A stretch of 37,124 bases of DNA from a candidate division FCPU426 bacterium (GTDB lineage: Bacteria; Oederibacteriota; Muellerivitia; Muellerivitales; Muellerivitaceae): contig CAWHOE010000040.1 of NCBI GenBank assembly GCA_963830915.1, positions 1-37,124 of the forward strand, written 5' to 3'. This document shows positions 16,573 through 24,671 of this stretch, piece by piece. The stretch's first letter is position 1. Each line of letters opens with the position of its first letter. The notes beneath the pieces were generated by a model that saw nothing but the letters and a program-made list of their open reading frames with translations, did not search any database and was not told where the DNA came from. The position numbers and the translations under genes are program-made.

Positions 16573-16659
16573 TGGTGCCCGAGGTCGGACTTGAACCGAC
16601 ATGACCGTGAGGTCGATAGATTTTGAGTCTATTGCGTCTGCCAATTTCGCCACTCGGGC
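16573..16659 (-). tRNA. tRNA-Leu (CAA)
   Basis: GCCCGAG acceptor stem, D-loop TGGCA, anticodon arm ATAGA-CTCAAAA-TCTAT, long variable arm, GGTTCAAGTCC, encoded CCA; 87 nt. Confidence 0.97.
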
Positions 16660-16721
16660 GGAGCGGGAAAAACCTGAGACTTCTGGACAGGAAGGGTATT
16701 CTAGGAAAACCTCATTTAAAG

Positions 16722-17696
16722 TCAAGATTCATCTGGCCTCAAGCCCTCCCAAAACCGTGACAATGTTTCAGGAAATGGGTTTTCCAGCAAAAGCGGTTGT
16801 CCCGTCGCGGGATGTTTCAATTCCAAACGAAAGGCGTGCAAGGCCATACGGGACAGGATGACCCGGTCTTGAAGCCAGTCGGTCCAGCCTTCCTCCACGA
16901 ACCTTAAAAAGGTCTCGTCATTCCCCGAATATAACTTGTCCCCCACGATGGGATACCCCAGGGTTTCCAGATGGACCCGGATCTGGTGGGTCCTCCCGGT
17001 CAAGGGCCTGGCTTCCACCAGAGAGAAGCTTCCCTTCATCCCCAATCGTTCGAACTCGGTCACCGAGTCTTTCCCATCGATCATGTTAACGCCCAACTTC
17101 ATGCGGATTTTGCTGTCCCTCAAGGACCCGATGGGCGCGTCGACCCGGCGATGGGGGGGATCGAACTTACCGAAAACGATGGCCCGGTAGGATTTTCGGA
17201 CTTCCCCTTTGCCCCACATTTCCTGGAGGGCCTTGAGATGGCGGCTTCCCTTCGTCATGAGGACAATACCGCTGGTCTCACCGTCCAGGCGGTTGACCAG
17301 ATGGAAATCCCTCGCCTCGGGCCGGTCCTTACGCAAAATGTTCATGAGCGTATTGCGGAAATAGGCCCCGTTGCTATGGACCGGCAGGGGGGAGGGCTTG
17401 GAAATAGCCAGAAGATGGTCATCCTCGTAGAACACCCGGTAGTTGGGGTCCACTTCCGGTTCGACCCAAGAGGGCGTCAAATACCGGATCTCGTCCCCGG
17501 CCCTCAAGGGCTGGCCTTCCGAGGCGGGTCGGTCGTTGACCAGCACCCTTTCCCCTTGGATGCGTTCCACCCATTCCCCTTCGGTGTGATAAGGGAACCT
17601 CTGGAGTAGGAAAGGCAGGAGGGGCAAGGAACTTTTCTGGGATAAACGGATGGTCAGGGCCAACGGTTCGGCGCCTGGTTCAGGTATTTTTTTCAT
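16722..17696 (-). CDS. RluA/RluD-family pseudouridine synthase
   Basis: S4-like N-terminus, YEDDHLLAISKP, VNRLDGETSG, TGRTHQIRVH, PIVGDKLY, LHA; start placed at MKKIPE. Confidence 0.92.
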   Translation of the reverse strand: MKKIPEPGAEPLALTIRLSQKSSLPLLPFLLQRFPYHTEGEWVERIQGERVLVNDRPASEGQPLRAGDEIRYLTPSWVEPEVDPNYRVFYEDDHLLAISKPSPLPVHSNGAYFRNTLMNILRKDRPEARDFHLVNRLDGETSGIVLMTKGSRHLKALQEMWGKGEVRKSYRAIVFGKFDPPHRRVDAPIGSLRDSKIRMKLGVNMIDGKDSVTEFERLGMKGSFSLVEARPLTGRTHQIRVHLETLGYPIVGDKLYSGNDETFLRFVEEGWTDWLQDRVILSRMALHAFRLELKHPATGQPLLLENPFPETLSRFWEGLRPDES

Positions 17697-17736
17697 TAAA
17701 GTCCTAAAAACAAACAAGATTAACCACAGAGTCACT

Positions 17737-17813
17737 CATGCCGACCTTCTACAAAGATATAAAGAGATCGGTATAGTACCGATTTCCCTTTGACGCATTT
17801 GGAAAATCGGCAC
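17737..17813. repeat. double-hairpin small element, copy 1
   Basis: CATGCCGACC..TCGGTATAGTACCGATTTCC..GGAAAATCGGCAC; second copy at 20609-20689. Confidence 0.75.
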
Positions 17814-18003
17814 AGAGTTACACAGAGTAAGGCACCAAGAACGGCAAAAACATTGATGGTTGAAAAACAAAATCTCGAAGCACCCAAAGTTATTCAATGT
17901 TAACCAGAAACAGCTTTAAAAAGTTATTCTCAAAACCACATGCCCTTTTTAACAAGTTACGCAACATTGGCAAATTCTAAAAGGTACGTCGCCCGAGACT
18001 ATT

Positions 18004-18100
18004 TCCCCCCTTTGAAAAAGGGGGGAAAGGGGGGTATTAGTCTTTGCAAATTACCTATAAAAGGCTAACTCCCCCTCCTTCCCCCTCTTTCAGAGGGGGA
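18004..18100. repeat. REP-like inverted pair of CCCCCCTTT..AAAGGGGGG hairpins
   Basis: TCCCCCCTTTGAAAAAGGGGGGAAAGGGGGG ... CCCCCTCCTTCCCCCTCTTTCAGAGGGGGA. Confidence 0.7.
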
Positions 18101-18212
18101 GGCGTGCATGAAAATAAGTTGTATTACTTGTCACGAGGGGATACTTGCCTATTTAAATTATTATCCGTGTTCATCTGTGTCCATCTGTGGCGAATGATTA
18201 TTTTCGATTCTT

Positions 18213-20420
18213 TCAAAGCATCGACTGGGGGTCGATATCCACCGACCGGGCCACGCCGGGATGGACCAACCCTTGGTCGTCCAGCCATTGGATGAGCTGT
18301 CGGATGGCCTGGGGTTTTTGCGCCTTCATCAATATCTGGTACCGGTATTGGCCCCTAAGTTTGGCGATGCCAGCCGGGGCGGGGCCGTAGACCTCCACCG
18401 CCAGTTTTTCCGAACCCCTTCTCAGTATCTTCGCCGCGGCCTCGGCGGCCGCCTGGGCTTTCTTTTCTTCCAGACTGCGATAGACCATCAAGGCCAGCTT
18501 GGAAAAGGGCGGATAGCTGAGGGCCTTGCGCAGTTCCAGTTCCCTCTTCCAGAAGGTCTCGGTGTCATGCCCAGCCGCCGCCTGGATGGCCGGATGGTCC
18601 GTATGGAAGGTTTGAAGATAGATGACCCCTTCCTTCTCGGCCCGCCCGGCCCGGCCCGCCACCTGTACCATCAACTGGAAGACCCGTTCGGACGCCCGGA
18701 AATCGGGGAGGGAAAGCCCCACATCCGCGCCGATCACCCCCACCAATGTCACTCCCGGGAAATCATGGCCCTTGGCGATCATCTGGGTGCCGATCAAAAG
18801 GTCGATCTGGTGTTTCCGGAACTTATCCAGGATGGACTCGTGGCTTCCCTGTCGCCTGGTCGTATCCAGGTCCATCCGGCCCACCTTGGCCCCCGGGAAT
18901 CTGGCCGATACTTCCTCCTCCACCTTCTCGGTGCCTAGCCCGACCGGTTGGATGACCCCGTCCTTGCACTTGACGCAGGTCTTGGGCAGGGGGCCCTGCC
19001 AGTTGCAATAGTGGCATAGCAGGGGATCTTTGCCCGCGTTGCGGTGATAGGTGACCGGGATCGAGCAATGGGGGCAATGGACCTGCTCCCCGCACTTCAT
19101 GCAAAGCACCAGGGTGTTGAAACCCCTGCGGTTGAGGAACAGGATCGCCTGTTCCCCTTTGGCGAGGGTCTCACGGATGGCTTCTTCCAGCGCCAGGGAA
19201 AGGACCGGGCGTTCGTCCCCCCGGATGGACCACTCTTCTTTCAGGTCCACCAGTTTGATCTTGGGGAGCGGCTTTTGATTGACCCGGTCGGGCATGAACA
19301 GCAGGGTGTATTTGCCCGCGTTGGCGTTCTGGACCGATTCCAAAGAAGGCGTGGCGCTTCCCAGCAAGGCGACCGCCCCGCAGAGCTGGGCCCTTTTGAC
19401 CGCCGCGTCCCTGGCGTGGTACCGGGGAACATCTTCCTGCTTATAGGATGACTCGTGTTCCTCATCCACCACAATAAGCCCCAAGTTTTGGGCCGGGGCG
19501 AAAAGGGCCGACCGAGCCCCGACCGCCACCTTGGCTTCCCCCTGGGCCATCCTGCGCCATTCACTGGTGCGGTCGCCAGTGGAAAGACGGCTGTGGAAAA
19601 CCGCCACCTGATCGCCGAAACGGCCGGTGAACCTTTCGACCGTCTGGGGGGTCAGGGCTATTTCCGGGATGAGGACGATGGCTTGCTGGCCTTTTTGGAT
19701 GACCTTCTCGATGGCCCTCAAGTAAACCTCGGTCTTGCCCGAGCCTGTCACGCCATGGAGAAGGAAGGTGCGGAAGACCCCTTCCTGGAGCGCCTTTTCA
19801 ATGGGGGTAAGGGCTTGCTGTTGTTGGGCGTGGAGCTGGGGAGGAGCCGCTCCCTTTTCCTTGACCGGCCGGGGCTTGGGAGAGTCGAAGGACCCATCCA
19901 GTTGGATGGCCCCCCAACCCGCTTTCTTCAGCTTGTCGGCCAGGGGCCTGGTGCGGGAGGTGAAGGGGACCTTGCCTTCGACCAGGCTGTCCCAATTGAC
20001 TCCCCGCATCTTGCCGAATTTGCCCAACAGGGCCTCGACCCCTTCCCTGTCGCGGAGCGCCGAGGGCAAAAGTTTCAACGACGCCTTGGAGGTCTTGCGG
20101 TAACCGGCCGGGAGGACGGTAAAAAGCGCCTCACCCAGGGAGCAGTAATAATATTCGGAGATCCACTTCCCCAGGTCCATCAGGTCCTTCGTCAGGGATG
20201 GCTGGGTATCCAGCAACGCGTCCAGGGCTTTCAGGTTCTTGACGGTGGTGGGGTTCTGTTTTTCGAGGGAGGTGATGAGCCCCACGGTCTGGCGCCTGCC
20301 GAAGGAGACCGAACAGCGCATGCCGGGTTTGGCCAGTCCTTCCAAGGCTTCGGGCACGATGTAGGTAAAGACCTGCCGCAAGGGCACGGGAAAGACCACC
20401 TGGGCATATTGTTCAGCCAT
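18213..20420 (-). CDS. priA: primosomal protein N'
   Basis: GVTGSGKTEVY, PEIALTPQ, DEEHESSYKQ, SATPSLES, LNRRG, Cys-rich region, GTQMIAKGHDFP, QVAGRAGR, DIDP. Confidence 0.97.
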   Translation of the reverse strand: MAEQYAQVVFPVPLRQVFTYIVPEALEGLAKPGMRCSVSFGRRQTVGLITSLEKQNPTTVKNLKALDALLDTQPSLTKDLMDLGKWISEYYYCSLGEALFTVLPAGYRKTSKASLKLLPSALRDREGVEALLGKFGKMRGVNWDSLVEGKVPFTSRTRPLADKLKKAGWGAIQLDGSFDSPKPRPVKEKGAAPPQLHAQQQQALTPIEKALQEGVFRTFLLHGVTGSGKTEVYLRAIEKVIQKGQQAIVLIPEIALTPQTVERFTGRFGDQVAVFHSRLSTGDRTSEWRRMAQGEAKVAVGARSALFAPAQNLGLIVVDEEHESSYKQEDVPRYHARDAAVKRAQLCGAVALLGSATPSLESVQNANAGKYTLLFMPDRVNQKPLPKIKLVDLKEEWSIRGDERPVLSLALEEAIRETLAKGEQAILFLNRRGFNTLVLCMKCGEQVHCPHCSIPVTYHRNAGKDPLLCHYCNWQGPLPKTCVKCKDGVIQPVGLGTEKVEEEVSARFPGAKVGRMDLDTTRRQGSHESILDKFRKHQIDLLIGTQMIAKGHDFPGVTLVGVIGADVGLSLPDFRASERVFQLMVQVAGRAGRAEKEGVIYLQTFHTDHPAIQAAAGHDTETFWKRELELRKALSYPPFSKLALMVYRSLEEKKAQAAAEAAAKILRRGSEKLAVEVYGPAPAGIAKLRGQYRYQILMKAQKPQAIRQLIQWLDDQGLVHPGVARSVDIDPQSML

Positions 20421-20452
20421 GAATAGAACCTTTCAAAAACAAACGGCATTGA

Positions 20453-20560
20453 ACCACCAAGTGCACCAAGGGCACCAAGAAAGGCAAAAACCTGATGGTT
20501 TAAAAACAAATTCCCAATAAGGCCAAATTGGAACCATTGTTACCACCAAGGGCACCAAGA
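20453..20560. repeat. CACCAAG-type short tandem repeats
   Basis: ACCACCAAGTGCACCAAGGGCACCAAG and ACCACCAAGGGCACCAAG; 20471-20510 nearly duplicates 17831-17871. Confidence 0.65.
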
Positions 20561-20608
20561 AAACAATTATCAATGGTTAAACATAAGGGAACATCTAATA
20601 ATTCACCA

Positions 20609-20689
20609 CATGTCGACCCTCTAAAAGGCGAGTATAAAGAGGTCGGTATAGTACCGATTTCCATAATGGTTCAAATGGAAAATCGGCAC
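20609..20689. repeat. double-hairpin small element, copy 2
   Basis: CATGTCGACC..TCGGTATAGTACCGATTTCC..GGAAAATCGGCAC. Confidence 0.75.
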
Positions 20690-20705
20690 AAGGGCACCAA
20701 GGTAC

Positions 20706-21542
20706 CTATCTTTGACCCGAGCCTTGCTGACGGGGATCCCAAAAATCGCGCAAACCCTCGCCCAGAAGGTTGAAACCCAACACCGTCAGGAAGATGGCGC
20801 AACCCGGGAATGTGACCAGCCACCAGGCGTCGGTCAAGTGTTCCTTCCCTTCCAGAAGCATATTGCCCCAGCTGGCCGTGGGCGGTTGGACCCCCAGCCC
20901 TAAGAAGCTCAAGGAGGATTCCACCAGGATGGCCCCGCCGATGCCCAGGGTACTGACGATCAAAACCGGCCCCATGGCGTTGGGCAAAAGATGCCTCAGG
21001 ATGATGCGGGAGTCTTTCATACCGATCACCCTAGCCGCCAGGATGAATTCCCTCTCCTTCAACGAAAGGATCTCTCCCCGGACCAGCCTGGCCACGTCCG
21101 TCCAGGAGGTCAGGCCGATCACGATCATGACGTTCATGATGTTGGGTCCCACGAAAGCGATCACCATCAGGATCAGGAAAAAGGTCGGGACGGATAACAT
21201 GATGTCCACGAAACGCATCAAGACGCCGTCCACCAGACCGCCGTAATAGCCAGCGATGGACCCGATGGTGGTGCCGATCAGGACATAAATGGAAACAGCC
21301 ACCACCCCTACCGCCAGGGAGATACGGGAACCGTAAAGCAGGCGGGAAAAGACATCCCGGCCGAACTGGTCCGTGCCCATCCAATGGCTCCAGGAAGGCG
21401 CCAAAAGCTGGCCTGTCAGGTTCTGCTGGATGGGGTCGAAGGGCGCCAGCCATTGGGCGGTCAAGGCCGTAATGAGCATCAGCGAGATGAGGGCGCAACC
21501 CCAAAAGATAAGGGGATGTTGTTGGAATATCCGTTCAATCAT
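20706..21542 (-). CDS. peptide ABC transporter permease (OppC/DppC family)
   Basis: HWMGTDQFGRDVFSRLLYGSRISL, EREFILAAR, HLLPN, LSFLGLGVQPP..SWG. Confidence 0.93.
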   Translation of the reverse strand: MIERIFQQHPLIFWGCALISLMLITALTAQWLAPFDPIQQNLTGQLLAPSWSHWMGTDQFGRDVFSRLLYGSRISLAVGVVAVSIYVLIGTTIGSIAGYYGGLVDGVLMRFVDIMLSVPTFFLILMVIAFVGPNIMNVMIVIGLTSWTDVARLVRGEILSLKEREFILAARVIGMKDSRIILRHLLPNAMGPVLIVSTLGIGGAILVESSLSFLGLGVQPPTASWGNMLLEGKEHLTDAWWLVTFPGCAIFLTVLGFNLLGEGLRDFWDPRQQGSGQR

Positions 21543-22506
21543 ATTTGATCCTCGGATCCAACAAGGAATAGCTGATATCGGCCAAGAGGTTGCCGAGGAT
21601 GGTCAAGAGGGCGACGATGATGACCGTCCCCATGATCAAGGGATAGTTATGGGAAAGGATGGCCTCGTAGCTTAACCGGCCCATGCCGGGCCAACTGAAG
21701 ATGCTCTCGATGATGACGCTGCCGCCGATGAACCCCGGGAGGGACAAGCCCATGAGGGTCACGATGGGGATGAGGGCGTTGGGCAGGGCGTGATGGAAAA
21801 TGACGTTGAACTCGGAAAGGCCCTTGGCACGGGCGGTGCGGATATAGTCCTGCCGGATGACCTCCAGCATGCTGGTCCTGGCGTACCGGGAAATGGAGGC
21901 CAACCCGCCGTAGGTCGTGACGCACAAGGGCAGGATGAGGTGCTGGGCGAAATCCCAAAGCTTGCCGTACCAGGGCAGGAAATCGGCGTCATTGCCGAAC
22001 ATCCCGGAAACGGGCAGGACGCCCCACTGGACCCCGAAGAGGAGCATCAAGAGCAAGGAGATCCAAAAAGCGGGGGTGGAGTATCCGATGAACGAAAAGA
22101 CCGTGACGAACCGGTCGTAGAGACTGTTCTGATAATAGGCGGCCATGATCCCCAGCGGTACGGCGATGAGGAACAAAAGTATCTCGGACAGGCCCGAAAG
22201 GACCAGGGTCGCGGGCAATCTCTCCAGGATGACCCGCAGGACGGGCCGGTTGTCCTTGAAGGAAAGACCGAAATCCAGCGTGGCCAGCCTTTTGAGCCAA
22301 TGCCAGTATTGGATATGGAGCGGTTTGTCGATCTCATAGAAAGCCTGGAGTTTTTGGATATAGCTGGGGTCGACCTTGGTGTTCATCGCCACGTCCAGCG
22401 CGGCGGGTTCGCCCGGGGCCAAGTGCATGATGAGGAAACTGAGGATGGAGATCCCCAGCAGAAGCGGGATCATCATGAGTAAGCGGCGGATCAAAAATTT
22501 GCGCAT
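21535..22506 (-). CDS. peptide ABC transporter permease (OppB/DppB family)
   Basis: MRKFLIRRL, LAPGEP, LDFGLS, DYIRTARAKGL, ESIFSWPGMG, LDPRI. Confidence 0.93.
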   Translation of the reverse strand: MRKFLIRRLLMMIPLLLGISILSFLIMHLAPGEPAALDVAMNTKVDPSYIQKLQAFYEIDKPLHIQYWHWLKRLATLDFGLSFKDNRPVLRVILERLPATLVLSGLSEILLFLIAVPLGIMAAYYQNSLYDRFVTVFSFIGYSTPAFWISLLLMLLFGVQWGVLPVSGMFGNDADFLPWYGKLWDFAQHLILPLCVTTYGGLASISRYARTSMLEVIRQDYIRTARAKGLSEFNVIFHHALPNALIPIVTLMGLSLPGFIGGSVIIESIFSWPGMGRLSYEAILSHNYPLIMGTVIIVALLTILGNLLADISYSLLDPRIKYD

Positions 22507-22599
22507 GAGCTCAAAACCTCGGTCATTCGCCGTTACCCGGCAGGAAAGAATTAAAGCCAATCACCAAAAAGCTGTCGACCGCGGACAGTCGACCGCTTA

Positions 22600-24237
22600 T
22601 CAAGGGATATATTTTTGTTGGGCCTTGGGCGCGTACCACTGTTCGGGATGGGTCAGGAGGTCGAAATCGTTCATGGTGTAACCCTTGAACCTCTTGTGGA
22701 TGGCCGTCAGCTGATTGGGGATATAGAGGAAGGTATAGGGCTGTTCCTCGTTCAGGATGGTATGGATACGCCAATAGATCTTTTGGCGGGTCTTTTGGTC
22801 CAGGACCCGGCGACCCTCCGATAGTAGGGTATCCACCGTCTTGTTCTTGTAGCTGACCATGTTGAACTGGTGTTCCTTGACCTGGTCCGAATGGAAGATG
22901 GGGTAGCAATCCGGGTCAGGAGTGAGCGACCAGCCCATGATATAGGCGTCGAATTTCTTCTTTTCGATGTACTGGGACAGGAATGTCGTCCACTCCAGGA
23001 CCTGGATATCCACCTGGATGCCGACCTGCTTGAGCTGTTGCTGGATGATGGTGGCGGACCTTTCCCGGTCGACCTTCCCCTGGGGAATGACGAGGGTGAA
23101 ATGGAAAGGGGTGTCCTTGTGGTTGATGTTCTTGTGGAGGATGCCGTCCGCCCCCAGCTTCCAGCCGGCTTTGGCGAATACCTTCTTGGCCTTGTCCGGG
23201 TCATAGGGCCAGGCTTTGACCTTGGGGTTATTGGCCCAGGAGCCGTAAGGGTAAGGCCCGGTGCAGACACTCCCTAATCCGTTGATGGCGTTCAGGATGA
23301 CCGCGTCCCGATCGATGGCCATGGTCAGGGCCTGGCGGATCTTCTTGTCCTTGAAGAGGGGATTCAACTCGTTCCAACCCAGGTAGGTGTATTCGAGTGA
23401 ATGGGTCTTATAAACGTTGTAATAGTCCTTCAACTTCGGCGTGTTGGATTGACGGGTGTATTGCTCGGCGCTGAGGGTGCCGTGGAACCAGGCCCCCACG
23501 CTGTCGATGCCGCCGTTCAATAATTCCAGGAACTGGGTGGTCTGGTCGGGGATGATGCGCATGACGACTTTCTTGATGTGGGGCGCCCCTTCCCAATAAT
23601 CAGGGTTGGCCGCCAGCACGATTTTTTGGTCCGTTTTCCATTCCACGAATTTATAGGGGCCCGTGCCCACCGGATGTCTGGCGAAATCGCTGGTATTGAT
23701 GTCTTTATCTTCCAGCAGATGCTTGGGAAGGATGGTATCGAATAGGGCCAAGGCGAGAGCGAAGGGCCTCTTATAGGTCACTTTGACCTCATAGGGTCCC
23801 ATGATCTCGACATTCTTGATGTCCTGGTATTGCGCCCCTTCAGGGGTGTTCACGGTGGGGTCGGTGTAGACCTGATAAGTGAATAGGACGTCGCTGGCCG
23901 TGAACTCCACCCCATCGTGGAACTTCACGCCCCGGCGAAGGTAATAGGTGACGGTCTTGTTGTCCTTGGAGACCTTCCATTTTTCGGCGAGACAGGGTTC
24001 GATCACCAGTTTGTCGTTGTAGCGGGTTAGCCCGTTGAAGATCAAACCGTCGATATCCGCTCCCGCGATCTCGCTGACCAGCACTGGGTTCAAGGTCTTG
24101 GCGTCGGACAACTCGGACTCGATCATGACGTCGCCATCCGCTACTGGGCCGGGCTGGTCGTAGATCTTGGGGTCTTTCTTGGCGCAGCCAGTCGCGAAGA
24201 CCAACACAACTAAGATTAGGGCTAGATTGCGGAGCAT
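22600..24237 (-). CDS. peptide ABC transporter substrate-binding lipoprotein (family 5, AppA/OppA-like)
   Basis: Lipobox FATGC, LRRGVKFHDG, PVGTGPYKF, RQALTMAIDR. Confidence 0.93.
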   Translation of the reverse strand: MLRNLALILVVLVFATGCAKKDPKIYDQPGPVADGDVMIESELSDAKTLNPVLVSEIAGADIDGLIFNGLTRYNDKLVIEPCLAEKWKVSKDNKTVTYYLRRGVKFHDGVEFTASDVLFTYQVYTDPTVNTPEGAQYQDIKNVEIMGPYEVKVTYKRPFALALALFDTILPKHLLEDKDINTSDFARHPVGTGPYKFVEWKTDQKIVLAANPDYWEGAPHIKKVVMRIIPDQTTQFLELLNGGIDSVGAWFHGTLSAEQYTRQSNTPKLKDYYNVYKTHSLEYTYLGWNELNPLFKDKKIRQALTMAIDRDAVILNAINGLGSVCTGPYPYGSWANNPKVKAWPYDPDKAKKVFAKAGWKLGADGILHKNINHKDTPFHFTLVIPQGKVDRERSATIIQQQLKQVGIQVDIQVLEWTTFLSQYIEKKKFDAYIMGWSLTPDPDCYPIFHSDQVKEHQFNMVSYKNKTVDTLLSEGRRVLDQKTRQKIYWRIHTILNEEQPYTFLYIPNQLTAIHKRFKGYTMNDFDLLTHPEQWYAPKAQQKYIP

Positions 24238-24259
24238 AAATCTTTTTCCTTTACATCGT

Positions 24260-24670
24260 TTTATTTGTCATTGCGAGGAGCAAATGAAGCGACGAAGCAA
24301 CCCCAGTTCATGGGTTGTTTTCAATTAAAGCTTTTCAGCCAAATCCTCCCACATCCGGTTCATTCCACGGATCAAATCGATCTTTTTCTGCCGAGAGCCA
24401 CCTTTGATCTGCTTTTCGCGGGCGATAGCGGCCTCAATGTTCTCAAATGTTTCATAGAAAACCAATTTATCAACATGATATTTCTTCGTAAAACCCGCTT
24501 TTAATTTGAGCTTATGTTCGGCAATTCGCTTTTTAAGATCGTTGGTGACTCCAGTATATAAAACCGTATTGTTGGAAGTAGTGGTTATATAGACGAAATA
24601 GGGCATTTCACTTCACCCATAAACTGGGGTTGCCTCGTCACAAAAACCGTTCCTCGCAATGACAAATAAA
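24260..24670. mobile_element. GIY-YIG gene cassette bounded by 56-bp inverted REP-like repeats (24260-24315, 24615-24670)
   Basis: Outer 20 bp TTTATTTGTCATTGCGAGGA perfectly inverted, then GACGA.GCAACCCCAGTT.ATGGGT in both arms. Confidence 0.7.
24325..24606 (-). CDS. small GIY-YIG nuclease family protein
   Basis: YFVYI..LYTGVTNDLKKRIAEHK..GFTKKY..LVFYE..AIAREKQIKG..N..WEDL. Confidence 0.92.
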   Translation of the reverse strand: MPYFVYITTTSNNTVLYTGVTNDLKKRIAEHKLKLKAGFTKKYHVDKLVFYETFENIEAAIAREKQIKGGSRQKKIDLIRGMNRMWEDLAEKL

Positions 24671-24671
24671 C

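Noticed and set aside
22570..22600. GTCGACCGC repeated twice between the ABC genes
   Set aside because: Too short to support a feature; likely a remnant short tandem repeat.
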